The notes under the pieces: model-generated
What the model saw: only the letters and a program-made list of their open reading frames with translations
The model's database searches: none
Told to the model about the DNA's origin: nothing
In this document: positions 1-12,410 of the stretch, one piece after another
Numbering within the stretch: position 1 is the stretch's first letter
Layout: every line of letters starts with the position of its first letter
From: the human T2T-CHM13v2.0 reference genome, Homo sapiens
Length of the DNA stretch: 64,000 nt
Strand: one strand, 5' to 3'
NCBI RefSeq assembly: GCF_009914755.1
Contig: NC_060930.1
Position numbers and translations under genes: made by a program

Positions 1-567
1 ATGTTATGATTTTTCTATTTAATTAGTAGTTATTGTTGTTAATCTCTTAATGTGCCTAACTTATATTTAAACTTCACCATAGTTATATATAGAAAAATAC
101 ATAATTTATATATAGATGGTCCCCAACTGGTTTGACGTGATGTCTTGTCTTTACAATGGGATAAAAGCAATTTACATTAAGTAGAAACTACACTTCAAGT
201 ACGCTTACAACAATTATGTTTTTTTGCTTTCAGTGGAGTATTCAATAAATTACATGAGATATTCAATAATTTATTATAAAATAGGAATTGTGTTTTTCTC
301 CACCGGTAAGTTAATGTAGGTTCTGAGCATGTTTAAGGGAGGCTAGGATAAGCTATGATATTCAGTAAGTATATTAAATACTTACAAGTACATTTCCAAC
401 TTACAATTTTTGTCAATATACAATGGGTTTATCAGAAAAATAACCCTATTGTAAGTTAAGGGATATGTGTAACCCTGTATAGAGTTCGGTGCTATCTTTG
501 ATTTTCAGACATCCACTGGGGGTCTTGGAACATATCTCCCTTGGAATAGTAAAGGGGGACTATTGTA
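1..567 (-). mobile_element. MER44/Tigger7-family MITE (partial), interrupted by MER47
   Basis: catccactgggggtcttggaacatatc...agggggactattgta is the reverse complement of the recalled MER44 terminus. Confidence 0.7.
113..469 (-). mobile_element. MER47/Tigger5-family MITE nested in MER44
   Basis: Termini agatggtccccaact... and ...gggtttatcagaaaaataaccctattgtaagttaagggatatgtg resemble MER47 inverted repeats, with TA on both sides. Confidence 0.65.
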
Positions 568-1336
568 CTGAATTGTACACCTAAAAAGGTGAATTGTATG
601 GTGTGTTAATTATGTCTCAATAAAATTATTATTTAGAAAGATAACTAGGTAAGGAAATTCCTAAGTTGTAAGTCATCCTATTTATATGCAACATATGGAA
701 TACATACATTATGCTCATCTCATTAATATAGCATATTTAGTGACTGCTCTTTTCTCTTTACAATCTAGAAAAGCCAATATGAATATAATGTTCATATTAA
801 TACATTATCTTTATAATCACAAAGGAGAAGCACATTCAGAAAATCTGATTCAGCTAAACTTTAAATTTTATAGCCAGATAAAATGCAACAAATATCTGAA
901 ATATGAAAATAAATAAAGCAAATAATATATCAAAAATCTTAGGAATGATGAAATGACTAAGAGTTTGTCTTAATTTAGGTAACAAAATCTCCTGAAACAT
1001 TTATACATTTAAATCACTAGGAGTTCACAATAAGCCATGTCAGGGTTATCTAGAAAGACTGATTATGTATCATGAATATTAAAGTATTTTGAATTAAGCC
1101 TTGTAGATGTTGCTTATTTTGTTTTCAATTTTTATGACGTCTATATCAAATGCGATACTTTTATTTAAATAAAATTAATACCATGTTGGACAATAAATTA
1201 ATATTTGAGTCCTCTCATTTTGTTGGGATATATAAGAATATTTTGAACCAATAGGTGGACAAACATAAGTGATGTATTTCATACACACACACACACACAC
1301 ATACACACGTGTATTTAACTCATATGTATAAGACAT

Positions 1337-1932
1337 TGTTTTGGGAAGGAGCAAAGTAGCTTCTGATAGCCAGGATATTCAGGAGCTAGCCATATAGTAT
1401 AAAGCAGGTTTAGAGCTAGGTGTAAGTGTTCTTCTGATGACCATTTCAACAATTTCATAGAACATCAGTATCAGACATGGCTAATCTATGCAAATAAGAG
1501 ATCACAAAAACTAGGCTAACTTATAATCATATCAAATAGAGACAAAACCAGGAACATCACCCAAACAAAAGACTAACAAAACAATCCCCTGTCATGGCTA
1601 ATATAAGTAATTGCTACCTCTTTTGAAAACATTGGCTTTCACTTCTTTCTTGTCTTTTCCTCCATCCTCCTAGGTAAGACTTACCATAAACCTAATAATA
1701 AAATTCTGCTCCCTTCTTGACAACTTATCCAGAGCAAAGACCCACTCTTTGAAACCATCCCCCAAAATACAAGTAGCAAGCTCAAGTCGGTAAGTCCTTT
1801 CTAACATCCTTTTATTTAGATATCCCTGTGGATCTACATGATGTGTTTTCTCCCTTGTTGCAATGAGTTATAAACCCAACTTTTGCAACCCTAGGTGTGT
1901 TCCCAGTGGTGTTTGTCTGGTGACTGCCAACA
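1337..1932 (+). mobile_element. Old solo LTR, ERVL-like (MER54-like)
   Basis: TG...CA termini. The 3' end taaacccaactt...aggtgtgttcccagtggtgtttgtctggtgactgccaaca resembles MER54-group LTRs. Confidence 0.5.
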
Positions 1933-2697
1933 GCATCAACACACACATACAGAAACGCATATACAAGTTATCTTAAGAAATTATAGGAAGAGCTAAATGC
2001 CAAAAAAAGGATATATCAGAGTCTCAATGAAAGAAATACTAGAAAATTTATAGTACATATTATAGGTTATAATTAATTAATGTAAGAAAAATAAAACAGA
2101 TAACAATTAATATTATGTTTTTAGTTCATCAAAAGTTTATTATTTCTCCTAATATACAGGTGGAAAGGTTATTAATATCAATTTGTGTTCATACATCAAC
2201 TTACTAATTGCTAATGTCACAAAAATGTCTCTGGGTCTTTTTATTTTTATATATCTTTAACTAATCCTAACTACTGGCATTGTGAGTTTTCCTATATTAC
2301 CAAAATTATTTATTTATCTTTTTTTTGTCACATAGTATCTATGCCATTATTGCCAGCTATTGTGGAATTCAATTTAATAAAGCAAACTGCCTACTGTTGA
2401 ACAGTCTGCACCTTATAACCCACTTTAATCACCAAAAAATTAGAAACATTTGTGAAAAGTTTTACAGGCATGAGATAATCCAGAATTCTCAACCTTAATC
2501 ACAAGGCAAAAGAGAATGTATGATTTATTTTGGAGGACATTCTGAAATAATTTTAACATTTTCCTTTGTAAAATAATCATCTGAGTGTGTTTGTATGCAA
2601 TTCATCTGCTTCTGAACAAGAAAAGGATTTAGTTATGATATACTTGATTATGCATCTACATAAGAGATGCAATGTATGCCAAACAAATCTAGGATTA

Positions 2698-3005
<308 letters not shown>

Positions 3006-3067
3006 TTACAAATATATACGTGGTTATTAAGCTTTTGGAATAATAGCAATAGCTACTAAGAATTTCT

Positions 3068-6000
3068 TTTTCATGTGTATGCATCATTTTAGATTTAGGG
3101 AGTACATGTGCAACTGTTACATGGATATACTGCATGATGCTGGAGTTTGGGGTACAAATGATCCCATCACCCAGGTAGTGAGCATAGTATCCAACAGTCA
3201 GTTTTTCAACCCATACTTACCTCCTTCCCTTCCCACTCTAGAATTCCCCAGTGTTTATTACTGCCCTCTTTATGTCCACGAGTACCCAGTGTTTAGCTTC
3301 CACTTATAAGTGAGAACATATGATATTTGGTTTTATGTTTCTGTATTAATTCACCTAGAATAATGGCCTCAAGCTACATCCATGTTGCTGCAAAGAACAT
3401 GACTTTGTTCTTCTTCATGGCTGCATAGTAGTCCATGGTGTATATGAACCACATTTTCTTTATGCAATCCCATGTTGATGGGAACCTAGGTTAGTTCTAT
3501 GTCTTTGCTATGGTGAGTAGCGCTGAGATGACTACATGAGTGCATGTATCTTTTTGGTAGAATGATTTATTTACTTTTGGATATAAGCCCAGTAATGGGA
3601 TTGGTGGGTGAAATGGTAGTTCTATGTTAAGTTTTTGAGAAATCTCCAAACTGCTCTCCACAGTAGCTGAACTAATTTATATCCCAACAACAGTGTTTAA
3701 ACGTTCTCTTTTCTCCAATGCCTTATCAGCATCTGTTGGTTTTTTAACTTTTTAATAATAACAATGCTGATGTGTGTGAGATGTTGTCTCATTGCGGTTT
3801 TGATTTGGATTTCTCTGATTAATGATGTTGAGCATTTTTTTCATATGTTTATGGGGCACTTGTTAAATGCGTATCTCAAAATGTCAGAAAGATATCAAAC
3901 TAATGATCCAATATCATACTTGGAAAACCAGAAACATAAGAGCAAACTAATTCCAAACCTAGCAAAAGAAAAGAACTAAAATCAGAGCAGAACTGAACAA
4001 AATTAAGACCCCAAAATCCAGGGAAATAATCAACTTAACCAGAAGTTGGTTTTTTGAAAGCATAAACAAGATTGATAAACCACTGTCTACATTAACAAAG
4101 AAAAAACGACAGAAGATCCAAATAAGTACAGTCAGAGATGACAAAGGTGACATTACAACTGATCTCACAGAAGTAGAATGATTCTGAGAGACCCTTATGA
4201 ACACCTCCATACACATAAACTAGAAAATCTAAAGGAAATGGGTAAATACCTGGTAACACACCACCTCTCAAGATTGAATGAGAAAAAAATTGAAATCCTG
4301 AAAACACCAAGTTTTGAAATTGAATCAGTAATTTTAAAAAAACAACCTACCAACTAAATAAAGCCCCAGACCAGATGGATTCACGCCAAATTTTACTAGA
4401 TGTAAAAAGAAAAGCTGGTACCCATTCTACTGTAACTCTTCCAAAAAAAAAAACAAAAAACAAAAATGAAGTCGAAGGAACTCCTCCCTAATTCACTCTA
4501 TGAACCAGTATTATCGAGATACCAAAACCTGGAAAAGATACAACACAAAAAGAAAACTACAGGCCAATACACCTTATGACCCTCAACAAAATACTAGGAA
4601 GCCTAATATGGCAGCACATCAAAAAGTTAATTCTCCAACTAAGCTTCATTCCTGGGATGAAACTGTTTCACCAAACACAAATCAATAAATGTGATTCACT
4701 GCATAAACAGAATTAAAAACAAAAAACACATGATGATCCCAATAGAAGTGGAAAATTCTGCTATGAAATTCAACATCATGCTAAAAATCCTAAATAGACT
4801 AGGTATCTAAGAAACATATCTCAAAATAATAAGAGCCATCTATGGTAAACCCACAGCCAACATCATACTAAATGGGCAAAGTCTACAAGCATTCCCCTGG
4901 AGGACTGGAACAAGCCCAGCCTCACAACTTCTATTCAACACAGTACCGGAAGTCCGAGCCAGAGCTATCAGGCAAGAGAAATAAATAAAAGGTATCCAAA
5001 AAGGAACAAAATAAGTCAAACTATCTCTCCTTACTGGTGATATGATTCTACACCTAGAAGATGCTGAAGACTCCACCAAAAGGCTCAAAGTTTCAGGACA
5101 CAAAATCGATGTATACAAATCAGTAACATTTCTATGCACCAATAACATTCAAGCTGAGAGCCAAATCAAGAATCCATTTACAATATGAAATCTCATTTAC
5201 AATAGCACACACACCAAAAACAAAAAACAAACAAACAAACAAAAAAGCAAGGAATACATCTAATCAAGGATGTGAAAGATCTGTACAAGGAGAACTACAA
5301 AACACTGCTAAAAGCAATCAGTAATGACACAAACAAATGAAAAAATACCCCGTGTTCATGGCTTGGAAGAATCCATATCATTAAAATGGACATAATGCCC
5401 AAAGCATGCACAGATTCAACGTATCAACCTACGAATGTCATTTTTCACAGAATTAGAGAAAAACTATACTAAAATGTACGTAGAATGAAGAAAGAGATTG
5501 AATAACTAAAGCAATCTTAGAGAGGAAATAAAAAAAGATGGAGGCATCATGTTACCTGACTTCAAACTATACGTAAGTCTACAGTAACCAAAAACAGCAT
5601 GGCAGCATTGCACTGGTAAAACAACAACAATAACAGACACACAGATCAGTGGAACAGAATAGCAAAACCAGAAATAAAGCAACATACTGACAGCCATTTA
5701 ATATTTGATAAATCAACAAAAATAAGCAATAAGGGAAGGACCCCCTATTCAATAAATGGTGCTGGGAAAATTGGCTGTCCATATGCAGAGGACTGAAACT
5801 GGACCCTTACCTTTTACTATACACAGAAAAGTAACCCAGGATGGACTAAATATATAAATATAAGACCTCTGACTATAAGAATCCTAAAAGAAAACCTAGA
5901 AAACACCATTCTGGACATCAGCCTTGATAAATAATTTATGAGTGAGTCCACAAAAGCAACTACAACAAAACCAAAAATTGACAAGTAAGATTAAGCTAAA

Positions 6001-6883
6001 GAGCTTCTGCATAGCAAAGGAAACTATCAACAGAGTAAACAGACAACTGACAGAATGGGAAAAATAAAGTGGAGTATTCTCCCAATGTGATAGTCTGAAA
6101 TATAGTCTGAAACCAGGGGCACAATGCACTGTGGAAAGCCGTAGGGACCTCTGCCCTTGAAAGCGGGGTATTGTCCAAGGTTTCTCCCCATATGATAGTC
6201 TGAAATATGGCCTCCTGGGATGAGAAAGACCTGACCGTCCCCCAGCCCAACACCCTTAAAGGGTCTGTGCTGAGGAGGATTAGTAAAAGAGGAAAGCATC
6301 TTGCAGCTGAGATAGAGGAAGGCCACTGTCTCCTGCCTGTCCCTGGGAACTGAATGTCTCGGTATAAAACCCGATTGTACATTTGTTCAATTCTGAGATC
6401 AGAGAAAAACCGCCCTATGGTGGGAGGCGAGACATGTTTGCAGCAATGCTGCCTTGTTATTCTTTACTCCACTGACATGTTTGGGTGGAGAGAAACATAA
6501 ATCTGGCTTATGTGCATGTCCAGTCATAGTACCTTCCCTTGAACTTAATTATGACATAGATTCTATTGTTCACATATTTGTTGCTGACCTTCTCCTTATT
6601 ATCACCCTGCCCTCCTACTACGTTCCTTTTTGCTGAAATAATGAAGATAATAATCAATAAAAGCTGAGGGAACTCAGAGGCCGGTGCAGGTCCTTGGTAT
6701 GCTGAGTGCCGGTCCCCTGGGCCCACTGTTGTTTCTCTATTAAAAAAAAAAAAAAAAAAAAAGAATGGGAAAAATAGTCACGATCTATGCATCCAATAAA
6801 GGTGTGATATGCTGAATCTATAAGGAACTTATTCAACAAGCAAAAAACAACTCCATTAAAAGGTGGGCATAATACATAAACAT
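3068..6883 (-). mobile_element. 5'-inverted old primate L1 (about L1PA15-16/L1PREC2/L1PB grade)
   Basis: 3068-~3860 is the L1 3' end on the minus strand and ~3860-6883 is decayed ORF2 on the plus strand. The 15-bp TSD is ctact(a/c)agaatttct at 3053-3067 and 6884-6898. Confidence 0.9.
6067..6761 (+). mobile_element. HERV-K(HML-2) LTR5A/B-derived U3-R fragment with poly(A) tail (processed retrocopy)
   Basis: LTR5 motifs are present (gcagggacctctgccc-like, gtataaaacccgattgtac, aataaa at 6656). It ends in about 20 A, has no U5, and has a perfect 15-bp TSD agaatgggaaaaata at 6052-6066 and 6762-6776. Confidence 0.88.
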
Positions 6884-7409
6884 CTACTCAGAATTTCTAT
6901 TTGGAGTTTCTTCAGAATTCTCATCTAAGAACTAATTAATACAATTGAATTATGGAATATGTGGAAAATTTATACTATAAAATATATCAAAAATTTTACT
7001 AAAATAATCCAAAATCACAATAATCTCTAAGTAAAAAATTGGAAGTTTTAATTTAGCGGACTCACTCCTTTCTTGTCAGAGTGTGGTAGTTCTCATACTG
7101 CATGGAAAGGTCCAAAACAATGTTAAGATGGCAAAAACATGTTTTGAAGAAGTAAATGCATTTGTATCATTACCATATTGGAACATTGCATTTTCAAGTT
7201 AAAATTTGTTTATACTTTGTTGACATCTGCCCTTCAGTGTTTTCAAATTTCAAATGATTGCGACACCATCTTGTCAGTAAATGGCTCTTCATTGCTGGAT
7301 GGTTATTTTAATTAAATGTATCTAAAGTGAAAATAATGTCTGGATGTATCCCAAGGACACTGAGCACTCCAAGTAATTTCATGAAGAAAGCTAAAAATAT
7401 GTTACTCAC

Positions 7410-7531
7410 CGATAGCTTTTGTAAAGGTCAGTACAGGTGGAATTGTTCTTGCAAGGATTCATTTTACACTCATTGGATTCTTGTTCACAAAAATTTCCTT
7501 CCCAATCAGATAGGCACACACACTGGTAGCT
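7410..7531 (-). CDS. EYS: EYS internal coding exon (probably exon 15), 122 nt, EGF-like repeats; absent from ORF track
   Basis: Minus strand reads atattctcttAG|AGC TAC CAG TGT...AGC TAT CG|GTgagt. It translates as SYQCVCLSDWEGNFCEQESNECKMNPCKNNSTCTDLYKSY(R), continues in frame from the 59 kb exon and completes its six-cysteine EGF domain. Confidence 0.95.
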
Positions 7532-8279
7532 CTAAGAGAATATGAAATTATATATTTTTAGGCTATTTCTTACTATTAAGCCTATAATACAGATATTACT
7601 CCTGGCCATTTTGATATCTCTGTCAATTTATAATTTTTTTAGTTTTATAGAATGCCAATACTCCCCCCAAATGACTTTTACCACATTTTTAAAAGCGTGT
7701 GAACAGTATTCTTTAGTATCTAATTAAATAAAGTTTTGTAGTAAGTCAATAGATTCTACAGAAGGTATTAAAGATTTATGCATTATGCTCACAATGTAGA
7801 ATTATCATCTTTGTTAAATGTTTTAAAAGAAAAATAGCATGTTAGTCATATGATGGTAGATGATGGAGTATAACTAAATAACTAATTAAACAACTCAGCA
7901 ACTAGCTCACAAGTTAAAAATACAAGTATAAATAAGGAAACTTTTGACAGATTTATTGTTACAGATAAATATTTAAAATAAATTAACAGACTTTTGGTCA
8001 ATTAAAATCGTAAAACTTTTCATGGTGTTTTTCTGAAACAGAGAGTTGCCCTATGACAATGTAATTCAGAATGCTAGAGGTAAAATTTTGCTTTCCTAGT
8101 ATTGGGCAAACAAACAAACAAAAGAAACACTTTAAATTACTCTGTGAAAATACTTTCTATATGAAAAATATTTTTGAAGAATAGAGCTCTTGTCAAAATT
8201 AGATTTTGGGCTTTTGTCTGTAGAGAATCTAGATATAGCATTATAAAAACGGTAAAATCAATGTTAACTGTTATTTAAA

Positions 8280-8590
8280 TCTGCACTTTTCAATACAGTA
8301 GCCACATGTGGCTATAAAACATTGAAACATGGCTAGTACCATTTAAGATGTGCTATAAATATAAAATACATATTGAATGTTGAAAAGTTAGTATTAAAAA
8401 AGGAATGCCAAGTATCTCACTAAAATTTTTTATTATTTACTTTCGGTTGAAATGGAAATAATTTTGATATAAAGAGTTAAATGAAACGTACGATTTCAAT
8501 TAATTTCATTTATTTCCATAGCTTTTTGTAGTGGCTACTAGAAAAGTTAAAACACAAACAGAGATCTCTTTTAATTTCTACTGAACAGAG
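8280..8590. mobile_element. MER33-like hAT-Charlie MITE
   Basis: caatacagtagccacatgtggcta...gtggctactagaaaa motifs. Confidence 0.65.
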
Positions 8591-10042
8591 GTGAGAGTTG
8601 AGTTAGATAATGCCAGCCCAGTTTCTCCATTTGTGGATAGAGTTAAGAAGTCTATATACTTATAAGCACAATGTGATGAGTAGGAGCCCTGAGATTACAG
8701 AACGCATCTTAGTTTAATACATCTCAACATCCTGTACAGATCTAGCACCCTATGTTTAATTAATGTTGATTAAATAAACAGAAAAAACAAACATGATATG
8801 ACCAATAATTTAAAGGTTGAAGTTAGTAGCCAAAACAAAATTCAAAATGATCCTTCATCACTTTGGTACATTTGGACAGCAAATTTTTTTTACAAACATA
8901 ACAATGAAACATGATAACCAGAAGAAAAATAAATGCATGCTCCATGTATGTGCATTTAGGTTACAACAGTTTAAATGTATAAGAAGTTCTACTCAGTACT
9001 GTGCTTTGGTTGAACAGGGCCAATTGGTTTTCCATGCTAGGTATTAATAACTAGCTTAAAAGCACAAGAATGAGAGCCACCTTTTCAACATTGTGCTTTA
9101 TTCCTGACACATATACTAGTCTCCACTCAGAATAATCTTTAAGGGTACTCCAGTTTTGCTGGATTTTAGCAGATTTTTTTTTCACATACCATGCTCCCTA
9201 CATTGTTAACTTCCTCCATGAGTGTGGTAACATTTACAGTTTTCATTGGTTGCGTTTGGCTTATTTTTTCTTTTTTTTTTTTTTTGTAAACATTAAAAGA
9301 GGACTTACATAAAAATTGAATATAATGATTATATTTTGTTTTATGAATGTGCTATTTAAAATGAAAGCAATTCCACAATAGTCAAGACAACATCAGCTGT
9401 GGTGAATGGGAGAAAATCATCCCACTCAGTAGCATAAATGGCATATGCATAAAATCTTCGGGACATGCCCATTCGTTATGTTCTGAAATTTCTCATATTA
9501 TGGGGTATAAATTATTTATGTAAAGACAAATGCATAAGCACACTGCTGATTTTTATTTTGATGCCTCAATAATATTTTGAAACAAATTTAGTGAGTCAAA
9601 AATTCAGTCAAATTTTTCCTATTAAATTCATATATTTCTTAAAAGCTAATAACTATTGGTATTTTCAATAACTTGATAATTAGTAGAAAATTGTCAATTT
9701 CAGGGTATCATTATCATTAAAGTATCAGGTACTATAGCAGTGAATTCCAGATATGATGAACTATATACAAAAAGAAAACATAAAAGGATGAAGAAAATAT
9801 AATTTAAAAAATTAAAATTTAAAGATGTAAATGATGAAGAGAACAAAAGTGCATAGCAACTAAAAATAACCCAGAGTTTGAGAATTTTTATTCATCAGTA
9901 TCTTACTTGATTCAAAAGCATTTTCCTCAATTTAGACATTCTTGCTGCAAAGCAGTTTCTCATTCAACATTGAATAATTGATTCCAGTAATTTAAAATAA
10001 CTGTTCCTTAAATTTGCACTGGTCAATACAGTGGCCAGAATA

Positions 10043-10290
10043 GTATTAAATAATATTAAATATTGTATTTAATATTATTAAATATTAAATATTAATAACT
10101 ATTAAATATTTTAATATTAATTATAAAAATAGAAATTATATTCCACTAGAAAACTGAAATATAATTAATATTAATATTTAATATTTTAATATTAAATATT
10201 AAGTAATTATTAAATATTAAATAATATTAAATAATAGTAAATACTAGTATTAAATAGTATTAAATAGTATTAAAGTAAAATACTATTTTT
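10043..10290. repeat. AT-rich low-complexity region with perfect inverted repeats
   Basis: Iterated aatatt/ttaaata units, with 14-bp and 15-bp perfect inverted arms. Confidence 0.85.
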
Positions 10291-10749
10291 AAAAGCACAT
10301 TTTCAGCCAATTTTGATGGAAAAGGAAAGTATTATTAAAATGTGTTTACCAAAAGGAGTAAAGGTTTACATTATTTATTAAATTAGAATCTTATCATTTT
10401 TTAACTTCTCACTACAAAGTAGACATTACTCTTCCTACTAAACTTGGATAAAACAGTAGTTTGAAAATATGCATGTGACAGGAAAGACAGATGATAAAAA
10501 CACAGGTCTACAATATTGAACTCTGCAGCCAGTGAGAAAAAAATAAAGACAAAGCTGTCAAGTTTGATAGTTGTAAATGCATAAACTATATAGTAGTTCA
10601 CTTTTTCAGATCAACAGCCAGATATTTTAAATTTTTCTTATCAGTAACAGATGTACTAAAGTAAGATGGATAGCATAATTGTGAACATGAATTTTCAAGT
10701 TAGAGAGATTAAACAATATCTCTGATGCTTATTAAATCTCTAGACATCT

Positions 10750-11382
10750 AGTATATTAGTTTTCTCTTACTGCCTAAAAGATTACTACAAGTTTCGTGTC
10801 TTAAAACAACATAAATGTATTGTCTCACAGTTTCAATAAGTCAGTGTACAAGAGTCAGTCACCTAAATCCTTTGCTTTCGGTCTCACCATGCTGAAATCA
10901 AGGTATTGACTGGGATGTGATCTCACCTAGGAAATGGAGTTCTCTTCCAAGTTCAATGATTGTAGCAGAATTCATTTCATTCTGCCTCTAGGACTCAGAT
11001 CTCATTTTCTTGCTAGCTACCAGGTAAAGACTACTCTCAGCGTTTAGAAGGTATTTGCAGGTCCTTGACACATGGCCTCCTCCTCTCACAGCATGCCAGT
11101 TTGTTTTTTTAAGGACAACAGGAGAATCTCTGCTGTTACCTCTTGTTTTGTTAAAGGCCCATTTAATTAGGGCAGCCCATGTAGGACAACCACATGTTTG
11201 ATTAAATAAAAGTCACTTATTGGGGGTGTTAATAACACTGTAAAATCTCTTTCTACATATAATATAATCATGGAAGAAGTATCATATTTACAGGTTTCAC
11301 TCACACCCAAGGGGAGATTTTACAGGGCATATACACCAGGAGATGGGAATCTCGAGGATCATCTTAAAATTTTGCCTTTAAT
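10750..11382 (-). mobile_element. MaLR solo LTR (MLT1E-like)
   Basis: tattagttttc...ttaaaacaacataaatgtattgtctcacagttt...gggaatctcgaggatcatcttaaaattttgcct. Confidence 0.7.
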
Positions 11383-11699
11383 ATCTACTAATCTACTTAA
11401 TCTTTCCAAGTAACCTACTCAAGTTCTCCAAGCCTCAGGTGCCTTCATATGTAAAGTACTAACAATTTATACTTCATAAATATACTTAAGCCTTGAAGGT
11501 AGTAATAACTATAATATTCTTAGCCTAGCGACAAATAATTATCATTAATTAGTAGTAGCCATTACCTCTAGGCAAAACAGTCTAGATCTAACAACGTCAA
11601 AGAATAATTGACAGAAGTACCACGATTGGCTCAAACCTATTCATCAATACATTACTTATTTTTATAAACATTTAAGCCATGTAATAAGAGATAACCAGA

Positions 11700-12395
11700 C
11701 TAGGAAAAACAAAGAAGGAGGAAGAGCAAGAGAATCCAGCAATATGTAATTTATGAACACAGACTTACATGAAGTGGATTAATATAAGAAAATATAAATG
11801 AGGAAAATGTATTCAAGATGAAATAGAAAATCACACTAAACCAGTAGACATTTAAAAATATACCAAAGGAGGGAGATTTGCTAACATAGACTCAAACAAA
11901 ATTACTCCCAAGTCTTTATTTATTCTCTTATGCCACATAGGTGAAGAGAATAGAAAAACAGGAAAAACTACTCAAATTATTTTTTGAGACTATCAAAACC
12001 TAGCTACCAAATTCTAGCAAGCATATAACAACAAATAGAAATTTAGCCAATGTTTTTAGGATCAAAAAGTCAATTTTTTTCAAAAAAACATAAATTTAGA
12101 TAGTCGAAAACAGTAATGTATATAAAATACATTATATAGTTTGAGCTGGAAATATGCCAGAAATGGAAATATGCCTCAACACAAGAAAATCTTTTAGAGA
12201 AAGAAAAATGGTTTTATCATTTCAGAGCAGAAAAATATTTTATAAAATTCAATACACATTCTAAAAATTTCTTTTAGCAAATGAAAACAAAATGGGAATG
12301 TACTTACATTAACAACAACTACCTACAAAATGATTTAAAAAAACCCTGCCAAACATCAGTTTATCAAAAACAAATGTAGAAACTGAATAAAAAAT
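11700..12395 (+). mobile_element. Ancient L1M ORF2 fragment
   Basis: A-rich decayed L1-like motifs (tataaaattcaatacacattc, gaaatggaaatatgcctcaacacaagaaaatc). Confidence 0.5.
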
Positions 12396-12403
12396 ATATA
12401 CAC

Positions 12404-12410
<7 letters not shown>

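Noticed and set aside
5996-6760. SVA element, or a 128-aa coding ORF
   Set aside because: There is no hexamer, Alu-like or VNTR region, and the LTR sequence extends past the point where SVA ends. The ORFs are antisense LTR noise.
7327-7545. Plus-strand 72-aa ORF
   Set aside because: It is an antisense shadow of the real minus-strand EYS exon.
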